Made by a program: the position numbers and the translations under genes. Source: a virus (Duplodnaviria; Caudoviricetes). From it: a stretch of 24,843 nucleotides of DNA. How positions within the stretch are numbered: position 1 is the first letter of the stretch; the number at the start of each line of letters is the position of its first letter. Positions 22,884-24,843 of the stretch are shown piece after piece. The notes beneath the pieces are model-generated. The model saw only the letters and a program-made list of their open reading frames with translations, was not told where the DNA came from and did not search any database. The stretch covers positions 1-24,843 of IMG/VR virus record IMGVR_UViG_3300027707_000103. One strand, 5' to 3'.

Positions 22884-24843
22884 ATGGCTGATCAAGAACA
22901 AGGGAATGTTAGGCAGGAATTTAATTTAGGTAGAATAGGTTTAAATCTAGATTCATCTGTTAATCAGGTGGAGAAGGGTAAACTTACGTATGCCTTGAAC
23001 GCTGCTTTAGAAAACTTTGATGCTAATTCTGTTAACTATCAGAATGAGCCAGGTAATGAGTTATGTCTTAACTTTCCTGAAAACTATCATCTTATTGGTA
23101 CTCATTTTATAAATGAACAAAACAAACATATATTCTTTTTGACCAATCCTGAAACAGGAGAATCACAGATTGGATATATGGATAATAATGATTGTATATA
23201 TGTTCAGTATATACAAGGAGATTGTCTTAATTTTAATATAGACTATCCAATACATAAAGCTGTACACAAGATTACAAATTGCACTACAGAGATATATTGG
23301 ACAGATGGGATTAACCCTAGAAGATATTTAAATTTAAATGATCCACCTTGGGTAACTGTTATAGGGGTGGATATTTGTGATATTGTCACTGAGGTGGGAA
23401 CAATTGATTGTAATAAATTAAAGGTTCAACCTAATTTTAATATACCAGAGTTAGAGGTGGTGGACATTGTTAATGGTGGAGAATTAAAAGCTGGTGTATA
23501 TCAGTTTGCTATTCAATATTGTAATGCATCAGGAGATGGGTATACATCCTATTATTCTGTGACCAATCCTACACCTATTGCTAACACACAACTAACCACG
23601 TTAAACTTTGATTACATTGTTAGTCAATCTATTAGAATAGATATTAAGAATATAGATGCTACAGGATATTTCCAATATTATAACATAGCTGTAATTAAAA
23701 CAATAAATGCTATCACTTCTGTAGAATTAGTGGGTACATTTTTCATTGATGATACATCAAGACAAATTACTTATTCAGGACAAAATAAGGCAGCTATTCC
23801 TCTTACAACAGCTGATATATTAGAAAAGTTTCCTTATTATGAGATTGCTCAAGATTTAACATCAGTACAAGATATATTAGTTTGGGACAATTTAACATCT
23901 ATAGATAGAATCAACTATCAACAAATTGCTAATAAGATTACATTATTATGGCAAACCTATAAGATTCCTGCTGATGAAAACTATTCAGATGGGTTGAATG
24001 CTACAAATTTAAGAAGTTATTTAAGAGATGAAATATATGCATTTGAGATTGTTTTCTTATTAGATAATGGTAAACAAACAGATGGCTTTCATATTCCTGG
24101 TAGAGCAATGAACTATAATGAGTTCTCTCATCCAGATGTGCCTGATACAAATGCTGACTTTATTGGAGAGGGTCCAACAGCTCCTTATTGGAAAATATAT
24201 AACACAGCTTCTGTATTAGGAAATTCTCCAGTAGATGCTAATTATAATATTGGCAATGCTACACCATATCAATATGGTGAATTTGCTTATTGGGAATCTT
24301 TAGAAACCTATCCTTGTAATGTAGAAGTTTGGGGTGATCTTGCTGGTACACCTATTAGACATCACAAGTTTCCAGATGTATTAGTTTCCCCTGTATTTGA
24401 AAGTGCTGTACCAACAATTCTTTCTAATAAGTATTTTGTTGAAATGCAGACATCAGATGCTGTTTATCCAATTGGAGTTAAAATAAATGTACAACAAGTT
24501 TCTCAATTAATAACTGCTTCTACCCTACCACAAACTGTAAAAGATTCTATTGTTGGATTTAAAATTGTTAGAGGAGATAGGAGTACAAACAAGTCTATTA
24601 TAGCCAAAGGGGTGTTGAGAAATGTAGGAAGTTATATAAGAGAAGAAACTCAATACTATTATCCAAACTATCCATATAATGATCTTAATAAAGATCCATT
24701 TCTTCTTGAACAAAACAATGCGTATAATTCTGAATGTAACACATTTTCAATAGCAGTGTCAGTAGCTGGAACAATCCAATACATGGATTGTAGCACAGGA
24801 CAAATGGTAACAAAGACCATGCCTACAGCTTTAACAAGTATAT
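22884..24843 (+). CDS. tail stabilisation/muzzle protein, 3'-truncated by window edge (not in ORF track)
   Basis: ATG 22884 after an A-rich leader: MADQEQGNVRQEFNLGRIGLNLDSS...ALNA...QNEPGN...CLNFNIDYPI...IYWTDGINPRRYLN...YLRDEIYAFEIVF...IRHHKFPD; same frame reads open at the window end; motifs match crAss-like Tstab proteins. Confidence 0.85.
   Translation, partial: MADQEQGNVRQEFNLGRIGLNLDSSVNQVEKGKLTYALNAALENFDANSVNYQNEPGNELCLNFPENYHLIGTHFINEQNKHIFFLTNPETGESQIGYMDNNDCIYVQYIQGDCLNFNIDYPIHKAVHKITNCTTEIYWTDGINPRRYLNLNDPPWVTVIGVDICDIVTEVGTIDCNKLKVQPNFNIPELEVVDIVNGGELKAGVYQFAIQYCNASGDGYTSYYSVTNPTPIANTQLTTLNFDYIVSQSIRIDIKNIDATGYFQYYNIAVIKTINAITSVELVGTFFIDDTSRQITYSGQNKAAIPLTTADILEKFPYYEIAQDLTSVQDILVWDNLTSIDRINYQQIANKITLLWQTYKIPADENYSDGLNATNLRSYLRDEIYAFEIVFLLDNGKQTDGFHIPGRAMNYNEFSHPDVPDTNADFIGEGPTAPYWKIYNTASVLGNSPVDANYNIGNATPYQYGEFAYWESLETYPCNVEVWGDLAGTPIRHHKFPDVLVSPVFESAVPTILSNKYFVEMQTSDAVYPIGVKINVQQVSQLITASTLPQTVKDSIVGFKIVRGDRSTNKSIIAKGVLRNVGSYIREETQYYYPNYPYNDLNKDPFLLEQNNAYNSECNTFSIAVSVAGTIQYMDCSTGQMVTKTMPTALTSI

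Noticed and set aside
457-24713. Other short minus-strand ORFs (60-113 aa)
   Set aside because: All lie antisense to well-supported + strand genes and have no recognisable motifs.
1-24843. Stop-codon reassignment as seen in some Crassvirales
   Set aside because: All large genes are intact in the standard code, and TAG (646, 7273) and TGA (1525, 2128, 11368) fall at sensible gene ends.

Overview
AT-rich, gene-dense segment with all convincing genes on the + strand. It is the virion morphogenesis block of a crAss-like (Crassvirales-related) Bacteroidota phage read in the standard genetic code. Order: small DNA-binding/Zn-finger genes, large terminase, portal, an inserted SPFH/Band-7 gene, acidic scaffold-like protein, major capsid protein, conserved head/neck genes, tail-fibre-type genes (collar-domain protein; Gly-X-Y repeat fibre with S74 chaperone; Thr-linker modular proteins), a metallophosphoesterase, ring/IHF-like/tail-tubular genes, and a tail stabilisation (muzzle) gene that runs off the right end. 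Two genes missing from the ORF track are added (13926-14060 and 22884->end). The most unusual signals are non-coding: a ~59-nt tRNA-like fold within a structured intergenic region after the capsid gene, a 15-bp palindromic operator-like motif next to two Bacteroidota-type promoters 19 kb apart, and a 13-bp element present in opposite orientations at 207 and 7287. Family assignments come from motif recognition and gene order, not from database searches.
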